From Octopus sinensis (taxonomy: Eukaryota), in the NCBI RefSeq assembly GCF_006345805.1, contig NC_043010.1, positions 60,450,001 to 60,514,000 of the forward strand: DNA of 64,000 bases, read 5' to 3'. How positions within the stretch are numbered: position 1 is the first letter of the stretch; each line of letters starts with the position of its first letter. The notes below the pieces were generated by a model. That model ran no database searches and was not told the DNA's origin. It saw only the letters and a list, made by a program, of their open reading frames with translations. Of this stretch, positions 1 to 13,828 are shown piece after piece. The position numbers and the translations under genes are program-made.

Positions 1-989
1 GTTACCACTCAGCCTAGTTCTTTGTCTATCTCTTCCATGAAACTCAGTATCCAGAGGCCTTGACAGAATCCAAAATGTCTGTATTTTGATAGCTGACATT
101 ATGCATTTAAACAAAGGAAACTGACACGTTTATGCTTTCTCAACTGTATAAATGTAATCAGTGGATGATGCTACATATGTAAAAATTCTTACAAGTTATA
201 CTTCGAGTAGAGTATGTTGTCTAAACTACAAAGTGTCAAAAACTTTTTTTGTTTTTTGGTAGTTTCTCAGAGAATGTTCCACATGATAGCATTTTCACTT
301 AAATAAAGGATCTTAAGATAACAACTGTGTTACAGTGGTTTCTTTCTTTCATTTTATCTTAGTGTTTCATTACACTCTCATAAAGATTTGTTGTGATGCA
401 ATGGTATGCCTGGGAAATAAATAAATGTGGCAATGTGCATTTTCGCATCTCTATAAATCAAATGCTTTTATTAATATACACATAACTGTATTTGCAATCT
501 TTAGTTATGAGGTCACTCTTAATCAAGCGTAATAATCATCATTTACCATGATGGCATGTACTGATAGTTGTAATATTAACTGAAGTAAATATGAACAAAA
601 ACATTAAAAAAAATAATATGTCAGTAAATTTGTCAAATTTAACATTACATATGCATTTAACAATGCTATGTGAATAACAAAAATGTTACTTTTAAGTTGT
701 TAACTAATTTTTGAAATAATAAGTGAAAACATATTCGAATAAAATTGATATTTCATACATGTTTTTATTAAAATTACTTTTAAATCTATTTTTGATAGGG
801 AAAATACATGAGAAAACATGTTTGTAAAAGGCTTTATGTATTTCATATATTGTACAACAAGCTAACTATTTTGTACTCAAGTAATTTTTCCTGTACTTAG
901 AGTTCATGCAATAGCACAAATGAAGAGAAAAATGTTAGCTGCTGTCTCTCCCTATCTGACTCACACCTCTAGTCCATCAATATTTTCAC

Positions 990-1069
990 ATTCTTGCTGC
1001 AGCAGTTACAAAGAACAGTACAGAGATGTAGCAGTCTTGTCACATACACTAACTTCAACAAAAGAGCAA
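990..1069 (+). promoter_or_regulatory. Candidate non-coding first exon / core promoter of Pcdh-A
   Basis: AGCAGTTACAAAGAACA at 1001-1017, related to a motif in three other candidate first exons; strong donor CAA|GTAAGT at 1069/1070; pyrimidine-rich acceptor TAG at 2761-2763 just before the ATG. The 5' boundary is unknown. Confidence 0.5.
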
Positions 1070-2807
1070 GTAAGTTTTTCCACATCATGTTCTTACACTT
1101 ATAATTTTTAGAAAAAGTATAATTTTAAAATATTTCTTTAAAAAGTATTTGTTTTAGAAAATATACAAATTTGACTTTTTTTTTATTATCAGAAGATAGT
1201 AATAAATTTAGTTTGTATCTTACAAGGTACTCACTCATCAAACAAATATTCAAATAGTTATATTACATTTATAATGCTAAAATATGAATACTAAGTTTTT
1301 TATTTACAATCAGTAATCATTTATTAGTGCCCAGAAAACAAGGAAATTGCTTTTCTTTGAGTCATTGTCTGTGAAATTTTATGCATTTAAAGAGAAGTGA
1401 TTTCAGTATATTAATGCATAATATGGTTTATTTAAAAGTAAAAGTAATTATTTCATTTACTTTTATTAATAAAAGAGAAAATACAGAAAGAGATACAAAT
1501 TTGTCCTTATTACTCAATTTGATACCTTGCTTTTCTATCAGTTCACTATAGACAAATTTTCCAACAAAATTAAATTGGCACAGACTTTTCTCCTCCACTA
1601 ACTTTTCATATTTTCACATGCCCATAAAACTTTGTGAATAAGTTTAGTTAATCCTGCTAGTATATAACTAATGTTTATTTTATCAACCATTGAAGGCTGA
1701 AAGTCAATCCTGGCAGGATTTCAACAAAGAACATAAAGCAATATAACCATATACTGTGAGGAATTTTTTTTAGCTACCTTAACGTTCTTTCATATAAAAA
1801 ATATGAAGGCTTAGCAGTTTATATTGGCATAGTTCATGGATGAGAGAACCAGCAGGGCATCAAACAAAATATTTCATGGTATTTAGTTATGTCCTTTCTG
1901 AAGTTTTGATTTTCATTCTTGTGAAACAAGTGCCAGTCAAATACTAAGTTTGATATAATTAACTATACCCTTGAAGGCATTCAATGACTAAAAGTAATAA
2001 AAAAATACAACTATACTTATTATATTATTTGACTGAGAAACTAAGATAATATCTATATAACAACGATTATACTTAGTGAACCTAAAACTTATTTTTTAAT
2101 ATTTTAGGTCCTCATACTTAATTGTGTTACTAACCTGGTTTTAATGAGCTGGTTCTCAGAGTAAAGAAGATTGGTGTAAAACTAATAATATAGATTCTTT
2201 GATGCAAAGATCCCTTTGTTAGTCAAATAAAACAATATCAGACATAGATGTGTATACCTACATCAACGACACATTAGATGATGCAACCCTTTAGCCACAT
2301 TGAACACAAACAGCTAGTTGTACACAAGAAAATTAAATACATAGAAATATAAATAATTGTTTATAATTGAGAATAATTAGCAAGGTCTAAGAGGTTCAAC
2401 AAAGACTGTACAAGGCTCTGAGATGTTTGTTTTGTGTTGTTACCATGGGAATTCATAATCACAGTAACTGTCACACTCAAGAGATGTTCAGATAACTAAA
2501 CTAAAACAGGAACCTGCTTTTTAGTCCAGGTAATGAAATATGTGGCTTGCATACACGGTTCCTTCCTTCCTAAGTGACACCACCCCAACACAGTACTACT
2601 TTATTTATAAGAATTGATAAAATGTATGAGTGATAGAAAATTTGAAAACAAAGACAGAAGGAGTGGATCCATTGTAAATTCTTGTCAATGCTATGTAAAC
2701 AAAAAGCATGGATGAATATAATTTTAATTTATGACCAATAATTATAATTTTTCTCTCTTTTAGATCTCCAATTTAAAGATTATACTGAACTCTAGTACAA
2801 ACCAAAA

Positions 2808-5207
2808 ATGATAAGAAATATTCTTTCACTATATTTGCTAGACATGCTACTGTTCTCTGTTGTGTCTTTAGACATTACCTACCATATCAATGAAGAAAAC
2901 AGCCCTCATGCCTACATAGGAGATATTGCTGCTGATTCTAATATGTCACATTTTTTTAAACATCAACAACACAATCTTGTTACGTTTACACAATTACAAA
3001 GGAAGGTGTCAAGTGGCTCTCATCTATTTAATGTCACCAACTTAGGGAAACTTTACACAACTCAGACACTGGATGCTGAATCTTTGTGTACAATCAACAA
3101 AGAATGTTTCAAAATTGTTAGGATAGCAGTTCGGAAAAGAAAAACCTATGTAAAGATTTTAAAAGTCAAAGTAATCATAAAAGACATCAATGATCATGGA
3201 CCTGAGTTTCCAGAAAGTGAAATAAATTTGCAATTTGATGAAAATGATCGGGAAGGAACTAAAAAGCCAATTCCAAATGCTATTGATAGAGATATTACCA
3301 TTCAGAATTCTAGGATAACTTATGAACTGAAGGAAAATATAGATGACCCATTTTCATTGTCTCTTTCAAAAGACTATGATGGGACTTTCATACCTGAGAT
3401 AGTTCTACAAGGTAAGCTGGATAGAGAAAGAAAGAAACATTATATGTTAAAGCTGATTGCTAAAGATAATGGTATACCACCAAATGAAAATATTTTACAT
3501 TTTCAGATATCTGTAACTGACTCTAATGATAATAAACCATTATTTTCTCAAAAAGTATATAACATTTCAATAAAGAATAAACACCCCAAATCAAAACCAA
3601 TTTTAGTTTTAGAAGCCACAGATTTAGATTCAGGGACAAATGGAAAGATTGCCTTTAATTATAGTCCCAAAACACCAATTGAAATAAGAAAATATTTTGA
3701 TTTGAAAAAGGCATCTGGAGAATTGTTTGTAAATGAGTACTTTAAAATAGATACCAAAAACTCTTACAAGCTGTTTGTTGAGGCTAAAGATGGAGGGAAA
3801 CCTCCCTTAAGTTCAACAACAGTGATTTTGATTTCTAAAGAAAGCAATCATAATATTGCTCCAAAAATTGATATAGACTTTGTGTTTCCTTTGTCAGAAA
3901 GTTCGACTGCTCTTTTAGAAGACATTAAAGTTAGTAGTTTTATAGCTTATGTCATAATTACTGACAATGATATTGAAGAAAATGGACAGATTGATTGTAA
4001 TTTGGAACATGAAACCTTTGGAATAGTTGAAATGGGTTCACATGAATATAAAATGACCACAAAATGTCCTCTTGACAGAGAAACAAAAGATCGCTATGAT
4101 ATTGTACTTGTTTGCCAGGATATGGGATTTCCACCACTCAAATCAGAAAAACAATTTTCTATTGAAGTACTTGATGTCAATGATGTAGAGCCACATTTTA
4201 CCAAAGAGACATTCCAATTCCTCACCTATGAAAACCAGAAAGTTGACTTCCCTATTGGCTTCATCAATGCTACAGACCCTGATCTTGGAGATGGAGGCCA
4301 ACTTACATATTCTATCATCAATGATAACAACAATGATAACATTCCTTTCCAACTGACAAAATATGGATTTTTTTCTACATCACAATCAATAGATCGAGAA
4401 ATGAAAGACATCTATAAGTTCAAGGTTTTAGTGAAAGATAAGGGAACACCTTCACTCAATGACACTGCCAATATTGTTATCGAGATTCTAGATAAAAATG
4501 ATAATGCTCCATATTTTACGTTTCCTAATAATGACCCTTACAATCTAGATGTCCACTACCATCCAAACAGTAAAAAGGACATCACAATTCTGAAAGCATC
4601 TGACAAAGACACTGGAAACAATGCTTTCCTCACATATGGAATATTAAAATCTAATGATAAAAACATGCTAACGGTAAATTCTTACACTGGGGTATTATCA
4701 TTCTCTCGTATAATTAATATAAATGATGCTGGAACGTATGAGCTACAGTTCATGGTGAAAGACAGTGGTACTCCAGTTCAATCAGCAACAACTGTTATCA
4801 TGCTAACACTGCATGTTAGTAATGATACACTTCCAATGCAAGCTGCAACCCATCTCTTATCTGGCACTGACTTAAACATAATTTGGGTAATAATCATTGT
4901 GGCAGCAGGAGTAATACTATCTGTGGGTATTGTAGTTTGCTTAACAATGTGTGTTTTCAGATGTATTAATCACATTAAAAGTTCACCTTCAACTTCAGAT
5001 AATCATAAAATCCTGACAGGCTCTAAGATGAGGCCAATGCCATATGAAACTAACAACCCTATTGCATTTACAAGAAATACAGAAGACACATATAACAGAA
5101 ATTGTCAGACAATGAGCTCAAAAAGTCATTATTACCCTGAGATGGAAAAGACTATCAATGAAGGCAAATTTTCAGCAACAGCTAGAAAACTTCCACCAAT
5201 TCCACAG
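2808..5207 (+). CDS. Protocadherin A, large coding exon (signal peptide, EC1-EC6, TM, proximal tail)
   Basis: 811-aa ORF with hydrophobic leader, cadherin motifs (DINDHGPEF, LDRE, DSNDNKP, DVNDVEP, DKNDNAP), EC1 C-x5-C (CTINKEC) typical of protocadherins, and TM IIWVIIIVAAGVILSVGIVVCL. Phase-0 donor CAG|GTTGGT at 5207/5208, homologous to the donors in genes C and D. Confidence 0.95.
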
Positions 5208-5448
5208 GTTGGTAAAATTTATAACATTCCTTTTATAGCTTAAATTCCCAGACGTTTTAACCTCATTCTGTATTTTTTAAGATTTACATTATATTTTAAT
5301 TAATTTAATCCCTGATCATCTCATGTACTACATTCCAAATATAAATGCATTTTTAAGGCTTAATCAGAGTGTTTATTTCTAATACTGAGTTTCAAACTTT
5401 AAACAACTGTGCCTCTACCCCAACTTTTGAAATATGATACCACTTTTT

Positions 5449-5751
5449 GTTGTTGTTCCTTCTCGAGCCATGTCTGGCTCATAAGGGCCCGTTTCCCGGT
5501 TTCCTTGGCATATAGGTTCCCCATCTGGATGGGACACCAGTCCGTGGCAGGTAAGCTGCAAGATGCAAGAGGAAAGAGTGAGGGCAAGTTATGGCAAAAG
5601 AGTCAGCAGAAGTTCGCCATTACCTTCTGCCGGAGCTGCCTAGAGCTAGGTGTTTCACTCATAAACACACACATTGCTCAGTATGAGATTCGAACCCACA
5701 ATCCCTCAACCGCGAGTCCGCTGCTCTAACCACTGGGCCATGTGCCTCCAC
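5449..5751 (-). mobile_element. tRNA-derived SINE
   Basis: Minus strand starts GGAGGCACATGGCCCAGTGGTTAGAGC...GGTTCGAATC (Pol III A and B boxes) and ends in an (AAC)n-like tail. Confidence 0.75.
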
Positions 5752-5899
5752 ACATGATACCACTTGAAACAATGTACAGCATGCATATGATATATGAAAT
5801 TAATAGTACAGAAAATTTTCATCATTACCACAATAACATATACCAAAAATCTAAACATATTTTTCAGACTTTTAGTTATATCTACCCTAGTTTCAAGCA

Positions 5900-8070
5900 C
5901 TAACCCAATGGTAAATGGAAAAGTATGCCATTTGCAGTACCAATAATATGGCACAAACCAACAAACCACTAAACTGATTGTTATTTCTGCTTAACTAACA
6001 TCACAAGTTTCTCTGAGAAGAACAAATCCAAGATTGTTTATCCAGATTGCCCTTCAGCTTTAAAACCAGTTGCTCATGCTGTTGAAAATATTCCAATTCC
6101 AGAGCCTCTTTCATCTTTTGACAAAGATATTTTAAGTGAAGATAGTGCTGCATCTACTTCAACTGAAGGCATGCTGAGTGATACAGCAGATCACTGTGAT
6201 GAACCAGGATCTTCAAAAAAAGTTCCTCATTTATGAAGTCAACTTGAGTTAAATGATTTAGTTAGAGACTTGGGTTTAACAAAAGAAAAGTCAGAACTAC
6301 TGTGTTCCAGGTTGAAACAATGGAATCTTTTACACGATTTTATATAATGCTCGTATTTTCGAAAACGGCATACAGAATTGCATGAAATTTTTACAGAGAA
6401 AGATGGGATTTGTTTTTGTGTGATGTTGAAGGACTCCTATATGAGATGGGGTACAGCCATAATACTGAAGGATGGAGATTCTTCATAGATTCCAGTAAAG
6501 TAAGTCTAAAAGCTGTTTTGCTGCATAATGGCAATCAAAAACCTTCAATACCACTAGCACATGCTGTAGGATAAAAGGAAACTTAATGAATCACTGGATG
6601 AAATTTTGCACTTGATTAAATATTCTGAGCACAAGTGGAATATATGTGGGAACTTGAAAGTTATTGGTTTGCTTCATGGGTTGTAAATGGGGTATACAAA
6701 GCATCAGAGCTTTTGTGCCTTTGAAACAGCAGAGATGACTAGCATCACTATGACCAAAAAGAGTGGCCAAAAAGAAGTGATTTCACTTCAGGGAGATACA
6801 ATGTTAAATATATCCCTTTAGTTGACCTCAGAAAATTTACCTTCCTCCCTTACACATTAAACTTGGCTTGTTTAAGAATTTTGTTAAGGTCATAGATGAA
6901 GACGGTGAAGGATTCAAATATCTCGATGAAAAATTTGTTTTTAGCAAGTGTGAAGCTAAGATCAAATCTGGTGTTTTTAATGGACCAGAAATTTACACAC
7001 TAAGGCGCAGGAGTGGCTGTGTGGTAAGTAGCTTGCTTACCAACCACATGGTTCCGGGTTCAGTCCCACTGCGTGGCACCTTGGGCAAGTGTCTTCTACT
7101 ATAGCCTCGGGCCGACCAAAGCCTTGTGAGTGGATTTGGTAGACGGAAACTGAAAGAAGCCCATCGTATATATGTATATATATATATGTGTGTGTTTGTG
7201 TGTCTTTGTTTGTCCCCCTAGCATTGCTTGACAACCGATGCTGGTGTGTTTATGTCCCCGTCACTTAGCAGTTCGGCAAAAGAGACCGATAGAATAAGTA
7301 CTGGGCTTACAAAGAATAAGTCCCGGGGTTGAGTTGCTCGACTAAAGGCGATGCTCCAGCATAGCCGCAGTCAAATGACTGAAACAAGTAAAAGAGTAAA
7401 AGAGTAATTTGTGAAGAGCTTTTTCAAGAAAAATTAAACCCAGTAGAGAAAACTCCTTGGGAAAAGTTTGTTTCTCTTGGAAAAAATTTTTGGGAAATGA
7501 AAAATCATCTAATTCCATTGCAATTGTGAATAATTTTTTGATAGCTTATAAGCAACTTAGGGCAAGATGTCTCTAAAAATTCATTTTCTCCACTCTCATC
7601 TTGACTTTTTTCCATCCAATATGGGTGATGTAAGTGATGAGCATGGTGAATGATTTCATCAAGAAATCAAAGAGTTAAAAAGCCACTACAGTGGCAAACT
7701 TACACTAAACATACGGATGGAATACTGCTGGTTTTAAAATGAGAAATGGACATGCAACATAAGCATAAAAAAAGACACCAAAGCTATTTTTAAAACACAT
7801 AAAATTAATAATATTCACTTCACACTTTTGCTTTGTGTTTTATTGGTTTTAGAGCTATTTGTCCACCTAGTTGCAATTGTTCTTAAATCAAATAACAGTA
7901 ATTTATGCTTAACATAACATTTTATTTGTCATGAATTTTCTCACTATTGTAATTTTGATAGCAGTATAATAATGATAGCAAAAACCCCCCCAAAAAACAG
8001 GACATGCTAGAGCAAAAATATGTATGAGCTCTATTTCATCTAGTAGTAGCAAAACTTTTGTTGCTGAGTG
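5900..8070 (+). mobile_element. Degenerate Chapaev3-like DNA transposon in Pcdh-A intron
   Basis: Broken-frame transposase motifs MPFAVPIIW..P.NH.TDCYFC, ELNDLVRDLGL.KEKSELL, FIDSSKVSLKAVLLHNGN, LPPLHIKLGL, HSHLDFF..NMGDVSDEHGE. It ends TTTTGTTGCTGAGTG at 8070, resembling a CAC...GTG terminus. The family name is recalled from motif similarity; the 5' boundary is approximate. Confidence 0.75.
7005..7406 (+). mobile_element. tRNA-derived SINE (family A) nested in the Chapaev3-like element
   Basis: GGCGCAGGAGTGGCTGTGTGGTAAG head, GGTTCAGTCCC B-box-like motif, internal TA/TG microsatellite, (GTAAAAGA)n tail. Relatives at 20823, 29391, 38623, 39575 and 52912. Confidence 0.85.
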
Positions 8071-8135
8071 TTATGAAAGAGTCCTAATAAATATACCAAT
8101 TAAAATAGCATTCTAAATGTTTCTTTTAACTTCAG

Positions 8136-8298
8136 TCTATTGATCAGCCAAGTAAGGAGTCTTCTGATGAGCATGGAGAAACTATATCTACTAAGAGTAT
8201 CAATTATATGAGTAATACATTGCCATGCCAATGGCCATCTGAAAGTACCTGGGATGAAAGATATACAAGAAATTTCAGTGATATTTCTATTACATCAG
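8136..8298 (+). CDS. Protocadherin A, cytoplasmic exon 2
   Basis: Acceptor TTCTTTTAACTTCAG, 163 nt open in phase 0 (SIDQPSKESSDEHG...RNFSDISITS), donor CAG|GTAATT in phase 1. Same 0-to-1 phase pattern as the equivalent exon in C and D. Confidence 0.75.
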
Positions 8299-8906
8299 GT
8301 AATTTGTGAATTATATTCTTTTTTTTAAGAGTTCTGTATGATTTTAGCATTTCTCTAAGTTGTAATTAATTTCAAATGATTAATGTGAAAATTGTAAAGT
8401 TAAAAAAGAGAATACAAAATAATGATACTACAAAAGTAGTATACAACTGCATTAGAGATTCATAAGAATAAATTTTGTTTGGTACTAAGGTGATCTAACA
8501 TATTATTTCATATTTGTTTATTCACATGCTCTCATTGCACTTTAACATCTTCTGCTGCCTGATCTATGATAGGAGTCAGTATGTAAGAGTTTAAGTTTAC
8601 AAATCAGACTGCTAGCACTCAGTACCAAAACATATACATATGTAATATATTATATATTTTTTATTTAATCTAAGGTTTGACAGTATCCATTGATTCTGTT
8701 AGCTCTCATAGACTGGTGAAACAGATGAGGCTAATACTCAGCTTGAACTTCTGTAGGCTACTGTCAGAATACAGCAGTTCTGGGAAGAAAGAATTGCGTG
8801 AAATGATTTGTAAAAAATTTTCTTAAAAATAATTGGCTAAAATATGTAATATCATTATTTAGCAAATGTTCCTGTTCTATGAGAAAATGTTGAGAATTAA
8901 ATAAAA

Positions 8907-11359
8907 CTAGGAGACAGGTTTATTTAGCCAGAGGGGAAGCAGATAAGAAAAAAATTGCCAATGTTCTGTGCCGTGAGGAGCAAAGACTTGAGGTATTTTG
9001 TATTGCAAGACAGTGTGTGAGAGAGGATCATGATGTTGTAGGAGAGAAATGTGTCTGCATGGATGATGGTTCACTTGCACTAAACGAGGCTGCAAAGAGA
9101 GAGGTTTCGAGACGCCACTATGAGAGGTTGCTCAATAAAGAACATGAAGGGGAGAAAGAGAGTCTGCTGAATGTCAACCCAACAGAGGGACCAGCTATCT
9201 GAGTTTACAGTACCTTGGTAGATAAAACAGTTGAGAGTATGAAGACAGGGAAAGCCCCCGGTCCACCAGGAATCACTGCAGAGATGCTCAAAATATCTGG
9301 CAGTGTTGGCTATAGCCTAGTCACCTGTATAGTTATCAGGTGATATACAAAGGAGCCATACTCAATGACTAGTGTAGCAGTACCATAGTCAACTGCTACA
9401 AAGGTAAAGGTGATGCTTTAGATACAAATAATTACAGAGGTATCAAGTTGTTAGATCAGGTAATGAAGGTCATGGAGAGGGTCATAGCCCAACTAATTAG
9501 AGAGAGAGACAGTTTAGATGAGATACAGTTTGGGTTCATGCCAAGGAAAAGCACCACCGATGCTATATTTCTAGTAAGACAGCTGTAGGAGAAATACCTA
9601 GCCAAAGATAAACCTCTGTACCTGGTTTTCGTTGACATGGAGAAAGCTTCTGACAGGGTCCCCTGATCCCTTATCTGGTGGTCAATGAGGAAACTAGGGA
9701 TAGATGAATGGTTAGTGAGAGCTGTGCAAGCCATCTACAGGGGTGCTGTCAGTAAGGTGAAGAATTCCGGGTAGTCCTCAGCCCCCTCCTATTTATCATA
9801 GTCCTCCTGGTAATAACAGAGGAATTCAAGACAGGATGCCCTTGGGAGCTCCTCTATGCTGACAACCTTGCTCTAATTGCTGAGTCACTATCAGAACTAG
9901 AGAAGTTTCAGGTGTGGAAACAAGGATTAGAATCGAAGGGCCTTAGAGTCAACCTAGCTAATAAGTAGGAAGGCAGACAAACCATAAATCCCTTCAGGTA
10001 GATGGCCCTGCTCGATCTGTAGAAAAGGCATAGGTAGAAACTCTATAAGATGTACCCAGTGTAATCTATGGACACAGAAGAGGTGCAGCAATATCAAAGG
10101 AAGGTTAACTGGCAGATAGTTTTCGTATGTGGCAGATGGTCAGGAGCAATAAACACTGAAAATGTGTAGAGAACAACTTCTGCCACATTCCAGGGAGAAA
10201 AACTAGAAGTAGTTGATAGCTTCTGTTACCTAGGTAACCAAGTCAGTAGTGAGAGAGGGTGCACTGAAAGTGTAGCTGCTAGAATAAGAATAGCCTGGGC
10301 AAAGTTCAGAGAGCTTCTACCTCTGCTGGTGACAAAGGGCCTCTTGCTCAGAGTAAAGGGTAGACTGTATGACGCATGTGTACAAGCAGTGAAACATAAG
10401 CCATGACTGCTGAGGACATGCATAAGCTCGCAAGGAATGAAGCCAGTATGCTCCGATGGATGTGTAATGTCAGTGTACATACTCGACAGAGTGTAAGTAC
10501 CTTGAGAGAAAAGTTGGACCTAAGAAGCATCAGATGTGGTGTGCAAGAGAGATGACTGCGCTTGTATGGTCATATGGTGAGAATGGATGAGGACGGCTGT
10601 GTGAGAAAGTGCTACTCCCTAGCGGTTGAGGGAACCTGTGGAAGAAGTAGACCCAGGAAGACCTGGGATGAGGTGGTGAAGCATGACCTTCCAACATTAG
10701 ACCTTACCGAGGCAATGACTAGTGATTGAGACCTTTGGAAATATGCTGTGGTTGAGAAGACCCAGCAAGTCAAGTGAGACCATAACCTCATGGCTTATGC
10801 CAGGGGTGTAAGCAGCCTATTTTTGTGTACCTTTCCTTCATTGGACACTAAAGTCTGCTTGCAAAGACCTGTTGAGGCAATTGAAATCAAAATTGAAATC
10901 AAATTCGATGACTGGCATCCATGCTAGTGGAGCACTAAGAGCACCATCCAAGTGTGATTGTTGCCAGAGCAGCTGACTGGCTTTCGTGTTGGTGGCACGT
11001 AAAAAGCACCATTCGAGTATGATTGTTACCGGCGTTGCCTTACTGGCACTTGAAAAATCATTCGAGCAAAGTCATTGCCAGTGCTGCTGGATTGGCTCCT
11101 GTGCAGGTGGCACATAAAAAACACCATTTGAGTGTGGCCGTTGCCAGTACTGCCTGACTGGCCCTCATGCCGGTGGCACATAAAAGCACCCACTACACTC
11201 TTGGAGTGGTTGGCATTAGGAAGGGCATCCACCTGTAGAAACTCTGCCAGATCATATTGGAGCCTGATGCAGCCATCTGGTTTGCCAGTCCTCAGTCAAA
11301 TCATCCAACCCATGCTAGCATGGAAAGCAGATGTTAAACGATGATGATGATGATGATGA
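8907..11359 (+). mobile_element. 5'-truncated RTE-like LINE with 3' UTR and (ATG)n tail
   Basis: Decayed RT motifs QFGFMPRKSTTDAIF, PLYLVFVDMEKA.DRVP, LLYAD(N)L, a Cys-rich CSICRKG...CTQC segment, and a 3' end GTTAAACGATGATGATGATG. Many stops and frameshifts. Confidence 0.85.
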
Positions 11360-12479
11360 ATTAGCAGTAGATTTGTCAGTACTTATGTTAGTTTTTGTCT
11401 GTATGGTGCAAATTAAGAAGATTTAAAGATCAAAATTTGAGAAAAACAAGCTGTTCATTTATTTAATCTGTGGAAGATTTAAGTAATAATATGATGTAAT
11501 GTTTTAATTATAGCAAAATGATATTAAATATTAAAAATGACAAGAGTGTTGTGAATAGCAAAACAGAGAAGTGAACCAAAAACTTAATACTTAACTAAAC
11601 TTCTAATTAGCCAAAATACTGCCATTCTGACCTCACCATTCATCCACTGCAATTTAACAAAACAAATATCAATAACATTCTAAGGTAAATTCAATCAACC
11701 ACACTCTTCCTACAAATTTATTATCATGTATCAATGTGATAAATTAATATTTATAACAAAATTTAAAAGTGTCTACTCAATGTTAGCTCGTTGACCTTTC
11801 TATATATCATTAAGAAAGATTTTAATTAAAAAATGTCTAATTAACTATTCCAGTTGTCATGCCAAGCATATATCTGAGTATCCAATATAAGTAAAAACTT
11901 TGAATATGCAATGTAAATACTTTTGGAAGCTTGCTTTCAGTGGTAATTAAGTGGAGGAATGTAAAAGCCTGGTGAGGAGAGTTGTATTTGTCTGTAGATG
12001 AAATTTGTATAGGATATGAGAAGTATCCTCCTCCTCATCATCAATTAATATCCACTTTCCATGGGTTGGATGGTTTGGTAAGGAGATGGCCAGCTGGGGC
12101 CAACTCTTTACAGTGTGCTGGATGGTTTTTATGTACCATTGGCATGGGTGCATGAGTGTATTTTATGTGGCATTGACAGTGTAAAAGACAAGCCTGTATT
12201 TATGGATGACAGCAATTTTGTTTAGCTAGATGTGTCTTCTCAAGTACAACAAATCACCACAACTCCCAGTTCCTTGTCATTTCCTCAGTGAGGCTCAATG
12301 AAAATCTTGACATATTTAGATAATTTAATAAAACAACTGTAATCTAGCAAAAATGTATTATAATAAAATTATTGCACATATCTCAACAAACATTCTTATT
12401 ATTTTCTGAGTTTGGCTTCAGCTTTAATGACTGCTTCAATGCAGGATCAGAATAGCTAAATGACCCTTATTTATTTTGG

Positions 12480-13600
12480 ACATTATATGGACAATGGTGG
12501 CCTTCAGTGAAGCTATGGCATTGTTAGGATGTCAATTAGTTTGCCTTTCAGCATGCCCTAAATGTAGTAATTCAAAGGATTGAAATCTGGCATGTTTGGA
12601 GGTCTCAAGTTTGTGTTACAGGATAATATTGTCTGACATCCATTCTTGGGTTATACAAGTTTTATGAGAAGGGGTTTAGTCTTGTTGGAGTATGTATGAC
12701 CTTCCACTGTGCATTTCACCAATCCAGAGCTTAACAACTGTCTCCAACACCTCAACATATCTAAGTTTCAATTCTAAGATCCTTGGAAAGATGTGTGATA
12801 ACATGATATAACCTTCATTACTCACTACTATTAAAACCATTACAGGTACTGGAAACCCTGGGGGGCATCAAAAGAATCTATACATAACCATCAGTCATTT
12901 CTCCTGTTTGACTTTTGGTCTTGGTCAAAGTTTTTCTCATTAGAGAATAACTAAAGCATACAATGTTTATGGAGGCCTTTAACTTTGCTAAGTAACCACT
13001 TGGAAGGGATCAAACAGCTTTCCTGTGTCTTTGCCAACATGAATTAATCTTCCCATAGTATATATGACTTGTAACAAATGTCCTCATGATCCACAGTTCT
13101 GATAGTCCACTCTAACACCTTAAGTTCCTTGCCAATGGTCCTCATTGATCTTCCAGGATCACTCAGTGTTCTGAACCCATTGAGTTTCGTAGTGTGTGGA
13201 CATTAGAATATTTTTGTTTCTTTGAAACAATCAAAACATTCACACTAGCAGCTTACAATTTCATCCAAACTTTGCAACATCTGAAAAGTTGGCAACTTCT
13301 AAATCTCTATGTTCTCCTGCACATATGGCAACATTTTTTTATGCTAAACATTTTATCTGCCATGAGAGATCTGATATCCATTCTTGAGATATATAGGCTT
13401 CGTGAGAAGGTGTTCGGTCTTGTTGAAATACATATGACATTCCATTGTGCGTTTCAACAATCAAGAGCATAACAACTGTCTCTAGCACCTTAACATTTCC
13501 AGCAGCATCACGTCTAAGACCTTGTTGAAAGTTCTGTGATGGCATGTCATGACCTTTGTTTACTCACTACTTTTAAAACCATTACATCAAATACCTTGCA
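12480..13600 (-). mobile_element. Tc1/mariner (maT/DD37D-like) transposase remnants, partly duplicated
   Basis: Minus-strand fragments FSNEKNFDQDQKSNRRND and YVFQQDRTPSHEA (ORF 13339-13545); the same catalytic segment appears twice (~12680-12850 and ~13400-13570). Confidence 0.6.
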
Positions 13601-13731
13601 TACCATGTATGTAAAATGTGAGTTGAGGGTACTTTTATTCAGCAATATGCATGTGTGCAAGTAGTTAGATGTATTTGAAAAGTAGTTAACGTAAAGATGA
13701 AATATTGCACCCAAGTTAATTAAATGAAGGT

Positions 13732-13828
13732 CAGAGAGAGGAAGAGAGAGGAGTGAGGGGGAGAGAGAGGGAGAGAGAGAGGAAGAGAGAGGGGAGAGAG
13801 AGAGAGGGAAAGAAGGAGAGAGAGAAAG
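13732..13828. repeat. (GA)n-rich simple repeat
   Basis: Imperfect GAGAGAGG/GGAGA array. Confidence 0.9.

Noticed and set aside
4143-4411. Minus-strand ORFs conserved at four loci (also 40453, 48489, 61616)
   Set aside because: Antisense shadows of the homogenised EC5 DNA; the conservation is explained by the plus-strand tract.
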